NCBI GenBank assembly: GCA_041392625.1
Contig: JAWKLR010000014.1
Span: 4,742 to 68,741, forward strand
Source of the DNA: Saprospiraceae bacterium
GTDB taxonomy: Bacteria; Bacteroidota; Bacteroidia; Chitinophagales; Saprospiraceae
Direction: 5' to 3'
DNA length: 64,000 nt
Made by a program: the position numbers and the translations under genes. Numbering within the stretch: position 1 is the first letter of the stretch; every line of letters begins with the position of its first letter. Below are positions 7,973 to 18,682 of this stretch, piece by piece. Below the pieces are notes generated by a model. That model was not told the DNA's origin, made no database searches, and saw only the letters and a list, made by a program, of their open reading frames with translations.

Positions 7973-10204
7973 ATGAACTATAAATCTCTATCGATTCTTA
8001 TGCTCTGTCTGCTGGGACAATTGGGTTCCATCCAGGCACAGGATCAGGAAAAAATATATGGTATTGTCACCAATGAAAACTCCGAGTTGCTTATAGGCGC
8101 TTCGGTCTTTTGGGAAGATACCAAACAGGGCACTACTACCGACCTGGAAGGTCAATTCTGGGTGCCGGCCCGTACCACCAAAGGCCAGCTCATTGTTCAA
8201 TATGTTGGCCACACCCCCGCCAATGTAGAAGTGTTGCCCGGTGAAGACAGCCTGTGGATTGAAGTCCAGGGTGTCACCCTTCAGGAAGTCACCATCGCTG
8301 AAAAGAACTTTGACAATGGTGTGTCCATGCTCGAAACCCGTAACATTGAACGCATCAACAGCGATGAGCTAAAAAAAGCACCCTGTTGCAACCTCTCTGA
8401 AAGTTTTGAAACAAACGGGACCGTGGATCTGGTATATGCCAATGCGCTGACAGGTATAAAGGAAATCCAGATGCTGGGACTGCGCGGCGTGTACAGCCAG
8501 TTTATGGTTGAAAATCGCCCAAGCATGATGGGCATTGCCACACCCTTTGCATTCGAGATGATTCCGGGTACCTGGTTGAGTGGGATTCAACTTGCTAAAG
8601 GAGCCAGCACGGTAAAAAACGGGTACAGCGGTATCAGCGGCCAAATCAATGCCGATCTGGTGAAGCCTCAATCCGACAAACCCTTTTACCTCAATGCATA
8701 CAGTTCCAGCGGTGGCCGGGGCGAACTCAATGTCCACCTGAATAAAAAAGGGGACGGCAATTTTTCCAACGGGCTGCTGGCACACGGAAGTTTCGTTCGA
8801 AACCGGTGGGACATGAACAACGACAACTTCTACGACAACCCAAACAGATATCAGGCAAATGCCCTGTACCGGATGTTTTATGACGATCCGAAAATGTGCG
8901 CTCAGTTTAATATTCAACTGATTACTGACAACAGAACCAGCGGACAGATTGAAGCCATCCCCGGCTCAAATCTGTTTTTGGTAGACCAGCAAAATGACCG
9001 GATTGAAGTCTGGGGAAAACTCGGCAGAAAATCTGTTTTTGACAAAGAGTACAACCAACTCGGCAACATGGTTTCCGCCGCATGGCATCGGGCAAATTCC
9101 GTCTTCGGAGCCAACACCTATGTGGCTACCCAGCGAAGTGCCTATTGGCAAACGCTGTATGAGACCATCATCGGCAACACCAACCACAAGCTGACACTCG
9201 CACCTTCCCTGCACTATTTTGATATTGATGAAAAAGTAAACGAAGGCGACCTGAGCAGAACCGAAACTATTCCGGGGGCTATGGTTGAGTACAGCTACAA
9301 TCGGCCCAACCCCGATCTGGGGTTCCCGGATTTAGTAGTGGTAGTAGGTGCCCGAACCGATTACAACAGCCGGTTTGGCTGGTTTTTCACCCCACGTTTC
9401 AGTGCCAAATACAACTTTTCTGAAAATACCATCGTGCGGGTTTCCGGAGGGTATGGCTACCGCTCCCCCAACCTGATTGCAGAAAACATCAGTCTCCTCG
9501 CGAGCAACCGAAGCCTGGATTTTGCATCTGATATTTCCTACGAAGCAGCCTGGAATTACGGGATTAATTTCACGCAGAATTTCAAACTTGCCGGTAAATC
9601 CGGTGCTCTGGCGCTGGATGCTTACCGAACTGATTTTACCCGACAGATTGTGGTGGATGTGGACCAATCACCAACTACCGTTTTCTTTTACAATTCCCCG
9701 GGAGCATCGTATGCTACCAACCTGCTGCTCAGTCTGAACTACAACCTGCTGGCTGGCCTGGACATTAAACTGGTGGGTAAAATGAACGATGTGAAAGCCA
9801 CCTTTGCAAACGGCGAATTGAATGAACTGCCACTGGTAGCCCGCTACCGGGGCTTGATTGCGGTAGATTACCAGACGCCTTCAAAAAAATGGACGTTCAA
9901 TACGCATGTGCAATTGGTCGGACCGCAGCGACTGCCCGACAACTCGCAGGTGCCCCATGAGTACATCCACGATTTTCCGGAGCGCAGCCCCAACTACGCC
10001 CTGGTAAATCTGCAGATCACGCGCAGCTGGAAAAACATAGAGTTTTATCTCGGCGGTGAAAACCTGACCCACTTCATGCAGCACCACGCCATCATCGCGG
10101 TGAACGAGCCCTGGAGTCCCTACTTCAACGGCTCTCAAATCTGGGCCCCAACCATGGGCGCCATGGGTTACCTGGGTGTGCGCTTCAGCCCAAGCGGATT
10201 GTAA
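7973..10204 (+). CDS. TonB-dependent receptor with carboxypeptidase-regulatory-like N-terminal domain
   Basis: 743 aa. Signal peptide ending ...SIQAQ, a CarboxypepD_reg-like stretch (IYGIVTNENSELLIGASVFWEDT), plug-type segment, and long alternating beta-strand barrel sequence. Confidence 0.88.
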   Translation: MNYKSLSILMLCLLGQLGSIQAQDQEKIYGIVTNENSELLIGASVFWEDTKQGTTTDLEGQFWVPARTTKGQLIVQYVGHTPANVEVLPGEDSLWIEVQGVTLQEVTIAEKNFDNGVSMLETRNIERINSDELKKAPCCNLSESFETNGTVDLVYANALTGIKEIQMLGLRGVYSQFMVENRPSMMGIATPFAFEMIPGTWLSGIQLAKGASTVKNGYSGISGQINADLVKPQSDKPFYLNAYSSSGGRGELNVHLNKKGDGNFSNGLLAHGSFVRNRWDMNNDNFYDNPNRYQANALYRMFYDDPKMCAQFNIQLITDNRTSGQIEAIPGSNLFLVDQQNDRIEVWGKLGRKSVFDKEYNQLGNMVSAAWHRANSVFGANTYVATQRSAYWQTLYETIIGNTNHKLTLAPSLHYFDIDEKVNEGDLSRTETIPGAMVEYSYNRPNPDLGFPDLVVVVGARTDYNSRFGWFFTPRFSAKYNFSENTIVRVSGGYGYRSPNLIAENISLLASNRSLDFASDISYEAAWNYGINFTQNFKLAGKSGALALDAYRTDFTRQIVVDVDQSPTTVFFYNSPGASYATNLLLSLNYNLLAGLDIKLVGKMNDVKATFANGELNELPLVARYRGLIAVDYQTPSKKWTFNTHVQLVGPQRLPDNSQVPHEYIHDFPERSPNYALVNLQITRSWKNIEFYLGGENLTHFMQHHAIIAVNEPWSPYFNGSQIWAPTMGAMGYLGVRFSPSGL

Positions 10205-10220
10205 CTTTTATCCAGTTTGT

Positions 10221-10269
10221 AAAAAAGCCATCCATGCAGATAAACTCGATGCATGGATGGCTTTTTTTT
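10221..10269. terminator. Bidirectional intrinsic terminator between convergent genes
   Basis: aaaaaa-GCCATCCATGCA-(11 nt loop)-TGCATGGATGGC-tttttttt. Perfect 12-bp stem flanked by an A-run and a T-run. Confidence 0.8.
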
Positions 10270-10304
10270 ATCAAAAAACGAATGGTATTATTTTACCCTG
10301 GACG

Positions 10305-10853
10305 CTAGGTTGCCCAGGTTTTGTCGCCCTTCTTGTACGGCATTGCGCCATCGTACCGACCCGGAATGGCCTCATAGCGCAGGGCCTCTGTACAGCCAAT
10401 CTCCGAGGTAAAATATCCGGTTACAACCAGGCTTTTAAGGTGCTGCCAAAAACGGAACCCACCGGATTGTTGCTTGTCTGCACTTTCCAGGAGCCGGAGT
10501 ACCTGAGTGCGCTCTTCGCTGTTGCACTCAACAAAGGATTTGGCAAAACGATCGCGGGCCATGACATCTATCCCGGAAAGGCCGTCATAAAACGCTGTGC
10601 GGTCGGATACTTCGTAACAGTCGCCCACAATTTTTTGAATAAACTTTGGAACCCCTGCGGCTTTCGCTCCGGGCGTGTCGGTTGTTGGGACGATGGTCTC
10701 AGCAACCTCTCCCAAAAGGGCTTCATCTTTTAGAGACAAAACTGAAGGAATGTCCGGGCTTTCCCAGGCACGCAAGATATCCGGAATTGCTAGGGTGCCG
10801 CCTACCAGAATGGCGGCTCGTTTTATTGCTTCACGTCTGGAAATTACACTCAT
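10305..10853 (-). CDS. Gluconate 2-dehydrogenase subunit 3 family protein (Tat-signal small subunit of GMC-type dehydrogenases)
   Basis: 182 aa. Twin-arginine-like leader SRREAIKRAAILVGGTLA and a C-terminal ...VVTGYFTSEIG motif typical of this family. It is divergent from a GMC oxidoreductase gene. Confidence 0.72.
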   Translation of the reverse strand: MSVISRREAIKRAAILVGGTLAIPDILRAWESPDIPSVLSLKDEALLGEVAETIVPTTDTPGAKAAGVPKFIQKIVGDCYEVSDRTAFYDGLSGIDVMARDRFAKSFVECNSEERTQVLRLLESADKQQSGGFRFWQHLKSLVVTGYFTSEIGCTEALRYEAIPGRYDGAMPYKKGDKTWAT

Positions 10854-10999
10854 ATTCTAAATTATTTGGCAGAAAAAAAACTTCCTTGCTATTTTATCAT
10901 CGACCCTTTTGAAAAGTAAAATTACATTTCTCATCTTTAGGGCACTGCAAAATTAAACGGTTTATCCATTGAAACAAATGGACTCGAAATAATTTCCAC

Positions 11000-12670
11000 A
11001 TGAAGAAGAAATACGACGCAATTGTCATTGGCTCCGGGGTCTCCGGCGGCTGGGCAGCAAAGGAACTTACTGAAAAAGGACTTCAGGTTCTGATGCTTGA
11101 GCGGGGCAAGCCGCTCGACCACATTACGGGCTACGAAACAGCCAACAAACACCCCTGGGAACTGGAGCACCGGGATCGCACCACCGTAGAACAACGCAAG
11201 GAGCACCCGATTATGCGAAGAGACTATCCATACCGGGAATCCACTGAAAAATACTGGTTCAAAGATATCGATGCGCCCTACAAGGAAAACATGCGCTTCG
11301 ACTGGTACCGTCCGGACATTGTAGGTGGCAAATCAGTTATGTGGGGGCGGCAATCCTACCGCCTTTCCCAAATGGACTTTGAAGCCAATGCAAAAGACGG
11401 AGTGGGCAACGATTGGCCCATCCGATACGAAGACCTTAAATCCTGGTACGATTACGTGGAAGGACATGCCGGTATTTCCGGAGAAAACCTGGGCATCCCC
11501 CAATTTCCCGATGGAAATTTGTTGCCGGGAATGGACCTGAATTATGTGGAGCAAAAAGTCCGGACATCCATTGAAGCAAAATTTGATGGACGTTACATGA
11601 CCATCGGCCGGGCAGCCAACCTGACCAAACCCCACAAGGGCCGTTCGAATTGTCAGTACCGCAATCTTTGCGACCGCGGCTGTCCGTTTAGCGCCTATTT
11701 CAGCACCCAATCCTCCACCCTGCCGGCGGCAATGGCTACGAAAAAACTCACCCTTCGGCCGCATTCTATCGTCAACTCCATCATTTATGATGAGAAAAAA
11801 GGCAAGGCGAAAGGTGCTGGTTATCGATAGTCAAACCCAGGAACGGCACGAGTTCCACGCCCGCATCATTTTGTCTGCGCCTCCGCTGTCAGTTCAACCT
11901 GGATTTAATGAACTCCATTTCACCCAGCTTTCCCCAACGGACTTGGCAACAGCAGCGGTGTGTTGGGTCACTACCTGATGGACCACCATTTCCGTACCGG
12001 AGCAACAGGCACCTGGGAAGGGGATGAAGACAAATACTATTTTGGCCGCAGGCCCAATGGAATTTACATTCCACGCTACCGGAACATCGGATCAGATAAA
12101 CGGGATTACATCCGTGGCTTTGGATACCAGGGCGGTGCCAGCCGTCAGGGCTGGTCGCGCGTAGTAGCCGAACTCGGTTTCGGTGCTGATATGAAAAACC
12201 GGGCTACAGAGCCGGGCCCATGGACAATGGGACTTACGGAAGCTAAACGAATGCCTTCCGTATTACGACAACTACATGGCGCTGAACAACGATGTGAAAG
12301 ATAAGTGGGGTCAACCAACCCTGACCTTCAATGTAGAGTATAAGGACAACGAGGCAAAAATGCGCGTAGACATGCAAAACGATGCCGCCGAAATGCTGAA
12401 GCCGCCGGACTTAAAAATGTGAAAGGCTATGACAATGGCTCTGCACCTGGTCAGGCTATTCACGAAATGGGCACTGCACGCATGGGCCATACTGCCAAAG
12501 ATTCTATTTTGAATAAATGGAATCAGGTGCATGAGTGTAAAAATGTGTTTGTGACCGATGGTGCCTGCATGAGTTCGAACTCAAATGTAAATCCATCGCT
12601 GACCTACATGGCACTGACCGCACGGGCTGCCGACTATGCCGTGCAGGAAATGAAGCGAAAAAACTTGTAG
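11000..12670 (+). pseudogene. GMC family oxidoreductase, interrupted by about six frameshifts
   Basis: The N-terminus MKKKYDAIVIGSGVSGGWAAKEL is a FAD Rossmann motif. The protein continues colinearly across frames: ...IIYDEKKGKAKG | VLVIDSQTQERHEFHARII | FVCASAVSSTWI | LMNSISPSF | PNGLGNSSGVLGHYLMDHHF...GPWTMGLTEAK | CLPYYDNYMALNNDVKDKWGQPTLTF...AAEMLK | (A)AGLKNVKGYDNGSAPGQAIHEMGTARMG...NPSLTYMALTARAADYAV. The frame changes fall at about 11811-16, 11869-72 (T4), 11904-06 (T3), 11932-35 (C4), 12250 and 12401. Confidence 0.85.
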
Positions 12671-12801
12671 TGCTGAGGGGATTGCATTCAAATTTTGCAA
12701 GCCACCAAATGAGTTAGATCAACTGTTAAACCGATATAAATTAGTGCCGCCGGTAATTTTATACCGTCGGCACTTTTTGTAGAGAAATGCATCTTTGCCC
12801 T

Positions 12802-14078
12802 ATGAAATATACAACTGCTGCCGAAGCGGTAAAAGCCATAAAATCTGGCGACCGCATTTACGTCCACACAGCCGCCGCTGCACCTGTCCACCTGATTGAA
12901 GCCATGGTGGAACGGGCTCCTGAATTACAAAATGTGGAACTGATCCACTTGCACACCGAAGGGCCGGCCCCGTATACCCAGCCGGAATACAAAGGGTCCT
13001 TTTTCACCAATGCCATGTTTATCGGGGCCAATGTTCGGGCGGCCATGCCAACCGATCGGGCCGACTATATTCCGATTTTTCTGAGTGAAACACCCTACCT
13101 GTTCCGCAGGGGTTTGCTGCCTATTGATGTGTGTATGCTGACGGTTTCTCCGCCCGACCACAACGGTTGGTGTAGCCTTGGCGTGTCCATTGATTCCAGC
13201 CTTGCTGCTGCCCAAACGGCCAAGACCGTAATTGTTGAGATCAATCACAACATGCCGCGTACGCATGGAGATAGTTTTATTCACATCAGCACCATCAAGC
13301 ATGTGTATTATTGAAACCGAACGTCCGCTGCCTGAAGTGGTTCCACCACCACCCAGCCCGGAAGAAACCCGAATCGGGCAATTTATTGCTGAGATGGTTG
13401 AGGATGGTGCCACGCTGCAAATGGGAATCGGGTCTATTCCAAACGCTGTGCTTTCTTTTTTAGGAAATCACAAAAAACTGGGAATTCATACCGAGATGTT
13501 TTCAGATGGCATCATCGACCTGGTGGAGAAAGGCGTGATTACGGGGGAAATGAAACACCGTCAGCGCAATGAAATTACAGCGACCTTCCTGATGGGTTCC
13601 AAGCGCTTGTACGATTTTGTACACGACAACCCACAAATCCGTATGATGGAGGCCTCCTATACCAACGATACCGCCATCATTCGAAAAAATCAAAAAGCCA
13701 CCGCAATTAACTCCGCAATCGAAATCGACCTGACCGGTCGGGTGTTGTGCCGACTCTATTGGGTCCAGAATGTACTCCGGGGTGGGTGGCCAGATGGACT
13801 TCATCCGGGGTGCATCGCTCTCACCGGGAGGAAAACCAATTATTGCGCTCAGCTCGGCAACCAGAAAAGGGCAGTCGAAAATTGTCCCCTTCCTGAAGCA
13901 AGGAGCAGGGGTTGTTACTACCCGTGCCCACATGCACTATGTTGTAACCGAATACGGTGTAGCGAATTTGTTTGGTAAAAATTTGCAGCAACGTGCCAAA
14001 GCACTAATTGAAATTGCCCATCCGGATTTCAGGGAGGAGCTGAGTAAGCAGGCCAGAGAACTTTACGGTAGGAGTTAA
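12802..14078 (+). pseudogene. Acetyl-CoA hydrolase/transferase family protein (4-hydroxybutyrate/succinyl-CoA transferase-like) with two frameshifts
   Basis: Three colinear frame segments: MKYTTAAEAVKAIKSGDRIYVHTAAAAP...THGDSFIHISTIKHV | IIETERPLPEV...LQMGIGSIPNAVL...AINSAIEIDLTGRV | CADSIGSRMYSGVGGQMDFIRGA...HYVVTEYGVANL. The shifts are at about 13303-07 and 13743-47. Confidence 0.85.
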
Positions 14079-14395
14079 TTGCATTTGTAAAACACAGGCA
14101 TAGGGTTGCTTTCGGCAAATTTTGAATTTCTTGGTATTAATTTATTGGTCGGCTTGCCAGTGGTATTACGTTGAGGAGAAGGAAGGTGAGCGGGTATCGA
14201 GTAATAATTCAGGCAGTCAAAACTGCACATCTGACAGCGAGCCGACACCCTATACTCGCGAGAATACCCTATTTTAGGGGCTAATAATTGCACCAAATTC
14301 ATTTCAATGAATCTTGCTTTTAATTGCAGTCCTTTTGTTTTCATCCCTAGACCTAAACACAAAACCCATGTAATCCGGATACGATTCCCACCGAA

Positions 14396-15403
14396 GTGGA
14401 GATTCATCAGGGACTTTTATTCATGTACGTATTTGAACGGCTGGTGTTTCCACATGATTTTACTATCAAATCCTGTTCGGATAACTGCCAGGATTCAAGC
14501 CCGAAATTAGAATATGCAGCAAAGGACATTAATCCACCCCAGGGTTGTTGTCACAAAAATTTAGACTGGACCGATAATATATATTTTATTTGTAGCGCCA
14601 TATCGGTCCACAACAGGTGGAAGTCCGGGTAACAGATGCGTTTAGAGCAATTAAAATAGTCACCTTAATATTATGGGGCAATTGTTTGCAGGAAATCCAG
14701 CACAAGGAAGCTGATTGCTTTTGCTGAAATGGGTATGGCTAACAATGTGAACTGGAAAATTGACTTTCATATTCCATTATACTCGAAGTGCTCGCAGATA
14801 GTTGCATGTTATCAGTAATAACTACGACCAGTCGACGCTGCGCCTTACCGGCTCACTACACCCTGAATGGCGCTTTCCACCTATGATCTGATTTTAATTT
14901 CAAACACATCCTTGGCATCGATGTCTTGGATTCTCCATTTAAATTAATGGCTGCCGACATGAACGACTCGGAGTATAAGTACATTTGATATTGTGACCGG
15001 CCGCAGGGTAATACTTGGAATTACAGACACCCTTCCCAATGGCCAATCCTGGCGTTTTGTTCCTTCATACTATGGTCTACAAACAGCAAATCCCTTTTTA
15101 ATTTGAACCGGTACCGGATTCAACTGCTCCTCTACAATCGATGGTACGGACCAGTTGCCATTCATTCACTGCTTTCAAGATTGGTGGTGTGAACAACAGT
15201 GCAGCGCTCCGTGCAAGCGCAATTTGCGGAAAAGCGAACAAATTGAGGACATCTGGATTGGGCAGGTGGAAGAATTAAGAGGGGAATTGCCCATATCCAT
15301 TTTTTACACCCAGACACTGGAACTGGAGGGGCCTTACAATTTGAACTGGACTGCGGAACTGGTGGTTAAGCACGGCTGTGGAATCCGCTGCCCTGAATCT
15401 TAA
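14396..15403 (+). pseudogene. Heavily decayed, 5'- and 3'-truncated paralog of the HYR/dockerin-like T9SS surface protein gene at 52924-54849
   Basis: The pieces are colinear with the other copy when frames are switched. DFTIKSCSDNCQDSSPKLEYAAKDINPPQG matches QFILSMSDNCTPTNEIEYGIREIGTGMG. HIGPQQVEVRVTDA matches DIGTRFVEIWVRDA. TYDLILIS(K)HILGIDVLDSPFKLMAADMNDS...STFDIVTGRRVILGITDTLPNGQSWRFV matches STFDLFLISKHILGIESFTSFYQMMAADMNNSQSVTTFDIVEGRKLLLGIYDTFPAVPSWRMI. FTAFKIGGVNNSA matches FVGVKSGDVNLSA. Many stops and frameshifts are present. Confidence 0.7.
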
Positions 15404-15777
15404 CTAACCCATATTTCACCAGATAAGCAAACCTGCGCGTGAGTTGGATTTCCGGGCAGGAGCCGCTCAGAACTTGCCTGGTTTCCATCATCTGACTCAA
15501 TCATGAAAACAAACATCTCATCTGTTCCAGCGGGACCGTAATCATCATAAAGTGTTTCCAATGCACCAGACTGGTGATAATTCCAACAGGGACCGCACCA
15601 AGTGGCAGAAAAGTCCAGAATAACAGTCTTACCCTGATCAAGAAGATCATATAGATTGTATTCCACCCCATTGATATCTGTAGCGGTAAAATCAGGCGCA
15701 ATGCTGCCGTCAGGCATTTGAGCCTGTAGATTTAAACTAGTGAAAAGCAGAAAAAGTAGTGTAAAAATTTTTTGCAT
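15400..15777 (-). CDS. Secreted thioredoxin-fold (TlpA/redoxin-like) protein
   Basis: 125 aa. Signal peptide MQKIFTLLFLLFTSLNLQAQ and the thioredoxin motif DFSATWCGPCW. The C-terminal ~30 aa look atypical, so the 3' end may be truncated or altered. Confidence 0.75.
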   Translation of the reverse strand: MQKIFTLLFLLFTSLNLQAQMPDGSIAPDFTATDINGVEYNLYDLLDQGKTVILDFSATWCGPCWNYHQSGALETLYDDYGPAGTDEMFVFMIESDDGNQASSERLLPGNPTHAQVCLSGEIWVS

Positions 15778-15980
15778 AAATAGGTGTTTTAGTAAAAGGT
15801 GTGTTTTTTAAAAAGCAGGCGAAATTAATCAAACCTGATTACAAAAAAACCCGGATTCACAATCAATAATTCGTACAAATCACACAAACAATTGATAATA
15901 AATCACTTAAACCCATTTTCACCAAATTTACCTGAGGCAAAACAAACAACTAAATAGTGAATTGTTCCTTAGGTAGCAGC

Positions 15981-16021
15981 AAAAAAAAATCCCGAACCCA
16001 GCGTACAAGCCGGATTCGGGA
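15981..16021 (-). terminator. Intrinsic terminator downstream of atpG
   Basis: On the minus strand: TCCCGAA..(loop)..TTCGGGA followed by a T9 run (plus-strand A9 at 15981-15989), about 30 nt after the atpG stop. Confidence 0.7.
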
Positions 16022-16051
16022 TATGTTATAGTAACCTGGTAAAGCAGCGAA

Positions 16052-16954
16052 TTAGTTGCCGCCTTCCAGTGCTGCCGCACCACTCACAATCTCACCCAAT
16101 TCGGTGGTAATTGCTTCCTGGCGCGCTTTGTTGTAAGTAATTCTCAGATTCTTGAGCATTTCATCTGCATTCTCTGTGGCTTTATCCATCGCAGTCATAC
16201 GAGCACCATGCTCGGAAGCCTGTGTGTCCAAAACACACTTGTGGAACTGCAACTGGAGGATGCTGGGAACCAGGGTTTCCAACAATTGCTCCTGATTTGG
16301 CTCAAAAATATAGTCCGCACGCATGCCACTGGATGCACCTTCTTCTGCTTCAATTTTCTGAACCGGAAGCCATGCCTCAACCGTCGGGAATTGTGTAGCC
16401 GCATTTTTAAAGCGCCCGTAAACAATTTCAATGGCATCGTAGTCTCCTTGCTCAAAAGCCTGCATCAATGTACGTGCTACCTCGCTTGAATTGGCGTATT
16501 CTGCCTGATCGTACAAACCGATGTGGTCGGTAATGTAGTTGAGATCGGTAAAACGGCGACGGAAGTAGTCGTAGCCCTTTTTACCAATAAAAAGTACATC
16601 CACCTTACCGGCAGCACGCTGTGCAGCGTATTTGGTATCAATTCGCAGAATGGTCTCTTTATTGATATTGGTATTAAAAGCCCCGCACAAACCACGATTG
16701 GATGTAACGACAACCATCAGTACCCGTTTCAACTCGCGCTCAACACCAAAGGAGGTGCTGCCATCTCCATCCAGATTTGAAAGGATGTTCGAAAGCATGC
16801 GGTTCAGCCGTTCAGCATAGGGGCGCATTTCAACAATGGCGCCTTGCGCTTTGCGCAACTTAGCAGCGGAAACCATTTTCATCGCCTTGGTAATCTGCTG
16901 TGTGCCGACTACCGATTTGATGCGTTCGCGAACTTCTTTTAGCCCTCCAGCCAT
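16052..16954 (-). CDS. atpG: F0F1 ATP synthase subunit gamma
   Basis: 300 aa. MAGGLKEVRERIKSV...TQQITKAMKMVSAAKLRKAQ, and C-terminal ...ARQEAITTELGEIVSGAAAL. Confidence 0.95.
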   Translation of the reverse strand: MAGGLKEVRERIKSVVGTQQITKAMKMVSAAKLRKAQGAIVEMRPYAERLNRMLSNILSNLDGDGSTSFGVERELKRVLMVVVTSNRGLCGAFNTNINKETILRIDTKYAAQRAAGKVDVLFIGKKGYDYFRRRFTDLNYITDHIGLYDQAEYANSSEVARTLMQAFEQGDYDAIEIVYGRFKNAATQFPTVEAWLPVQKIEAEEGASSGMRADYIFEPNQEQLLETLVPSILQLQFHKCVLDTQASEHGARMTAMDKATENADEMLKNLRITYNKARQEAITTELGEIVSGAAALEGGN

Positions 16955-17015
16955 GTTCTAATTTTTGTTTGAATTCAAAAAAAAAGGTCTCACTATACGG
17001 GTAATGCAATATGCA

Positions 17016-18602
17016 TTACTTCTTGTATTGAGCAGCGAGATCGGCTGCCAGGTTTTTCATTTTATCCAGGCTCTCGCTCTCCAATTTACCCTTACGGAAT
17101 TCTTCCAATATGTCAGCCATTTCTTGTTCCATCTTCATGAGGAAGATGTCTTCAAATTCACGGACTTTATTGGTTGGAACGTTCCGGAGGAGGTTGTTGG
17201 TTCCGAGGTAAATCATGGCCACCTGCTTCTCTACTGTTACCGGAGAGTATTGAGGCTGCTTCAGGATTTCCACGTTGCGCTCACCTTTTGAAAGTACGCT
17301 TTGTGTAGCGGCATCCAGGTCAGAACCGAACTTTGCAAACGCTTCCAATTCGCGGTATTGCGCCTGGTCAAGTTTCAGCGTACCTGCTACCTTCTTCATT
17401 GATTTGATCTGAGCAGAACCACCTACACGGCTTACAGAGATACCTACGTTGATCGCAGGACGTACACCAGAGTTAAAGAGGTTAGACTCAAGGAAGATCT
17501 GACCGTCGGTAATAGAAATTACGTTGGTCGGGATATATGCAGATACGTCACCCGCCTGGGTTTCGATGATCGGCAATGCAGTCAAAGAACCACCACCTTT
17601 TACAATACCTGCATTTTTCAGGCTGTCAGGAAGGTCGTTCATGGTTTTAGCGATGTCGTCGTTGTTGATCACCTTCGCTGCACGCTCGAGCAAGCGGCTG
17701 TGGAGGTAGAATACGTCACCAGGGTATGCCTCACGGCCTGGAGGACGACGGAGCAACAGCGATACCTCACGGTAAGCAACTGCCTGCTTGGAAAGGTCGT
17801 CAAAAATAATCAATGCAGGACGGCCTGTGTCACGGAAGTACTCACCAATTGCAGCACCGGAGAACGGAGCGTAGAATTGCAAAGGAGCAGGGTCAGAAGC
17901 AGAAGCAGATACGATCACTGTGTAGTCCATTGCACCGTATTCTTCCAGTGTACGAGCCACCTGCGCAACGGTAGATGCCTTCTGTCCACAAGCAACGTAA
18001 ATACAGTAAACCGGCTCACCGCGGTCGTAGAATTCTTTCTGGTTGATGATGGTGTCCACTGCAATAGCAGTTTTACCAGTCTGGCGGTCACCAATGATCA
18101 ACTCACGTTGGCCACGGCCGATTGGAATCATGGAGTCAATCGCCTTGATACCAGTCTGCAGTGGTTCGTTTACAGGCTGACGGTAGATAACACCAGGTGC
18201 TTTACGCTCCAATGGCATTTCATACTTAGTACCACCGATTGGACCTTTACCGTCGATCGGTTGTCCAAGTGGGTTTACTACACGACCAGCAAACTCTTCG
18301 CCAACTTCAATGGAGGCAATGCGGCCAGTACGTTTTACCGTTGAGCCTTCGTGAATGCCGTCAGAAGGTCCCATGAGTACCACACCCACGTTGTCTTCTT
18401 CCAGGTTCAATACGATCGCACGAACACCATTTTCGAACTCCACGAGTTCACCGGCTTGTGCACTGTTGAGGCCATACACACGGGCGATACCGTCACCAAC
18501 TTGAAGTACAGAACCTACTTCCTCGAGGTTGGTATCAGCGCCGAAGCCTGACAATTGTTGTTTGAGAATCGCAGAAATTTCTTCTGGTCTGACGTCTGCC
18601 AT
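17016..18602 (-). CDS. atpA: F0F1 ATP synthase subunit alpha
   Basis: 528 aa. Walker A motif GDRQTGKTA, with alpha-subunit sequence conserved throughout. Confidence 0.97.
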   Translation of the reverse strand: MADVRPEEISAILKQQLSGFGADTNLEEVGSVLQVGDGIARVYGLNSAQAGELVEFENGVRAIVLNLEEDNVGVVLMGPSDGIHEGSTVKRTGRIASIEVGEEFAGRVVNPLGQPIDGKGPIGGTKYEMPLERKAPGVIYRQPVNEPLQTGIKAIDSMIPIGRGQRELIIGDRQTGKTAIAVDTIINQKEFYDRGEPVYCIYVACGQKASTVAQVARTLEEYGAMDYTVIVSASASDPAPLQFYAPFSGAAIGEYFRDTGRPALIIFDDLSKQAVAYREVSLLLRRPPGREAYPGDVFYLHSRLLERAAKVINNDDIAKTMNDLPDSLKNAGIVKGGGSLTALPIIETQAGDVSAYIPTNVISITDGQIFLESNLFNSGVRPAINVGISVSRVGGSAQIKSMKKVAGTLKLDQAQYRELEAFAKFGSDLDAATQSVLSKGERNVEILKQPQYSPVTVEKQVAMIYLGTNNLLRNVPTNKVREFEDIFLMKMEQEMADILEEFRKGKLESESLDKMKNLAADLAAQYKK

Positions 18603-18682
18603 GACTATTTAGTTTTAATTATAATTTTTAAATGGTCGAATCACAGGTTGATTGGAATCGGGGAAAGAGCACAACCGGGGAG

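Noticed and set aside
12311-12532. 73-aa minus-strand ORF inside the GMC oxidoreductase region
   Set aside because: It is antisense to clearly GMC-like coding sequence (the ...GQAIHEMGTARMG... segment), so it is a shadow ORF.
14075-14407. 110-aa minus-strand ORF in the ORF-poor tract
   Set aside because: It has no recognisable features. The region is better explained on the plus strand as decayed adhesin-gene sequence or non-coding DNA.
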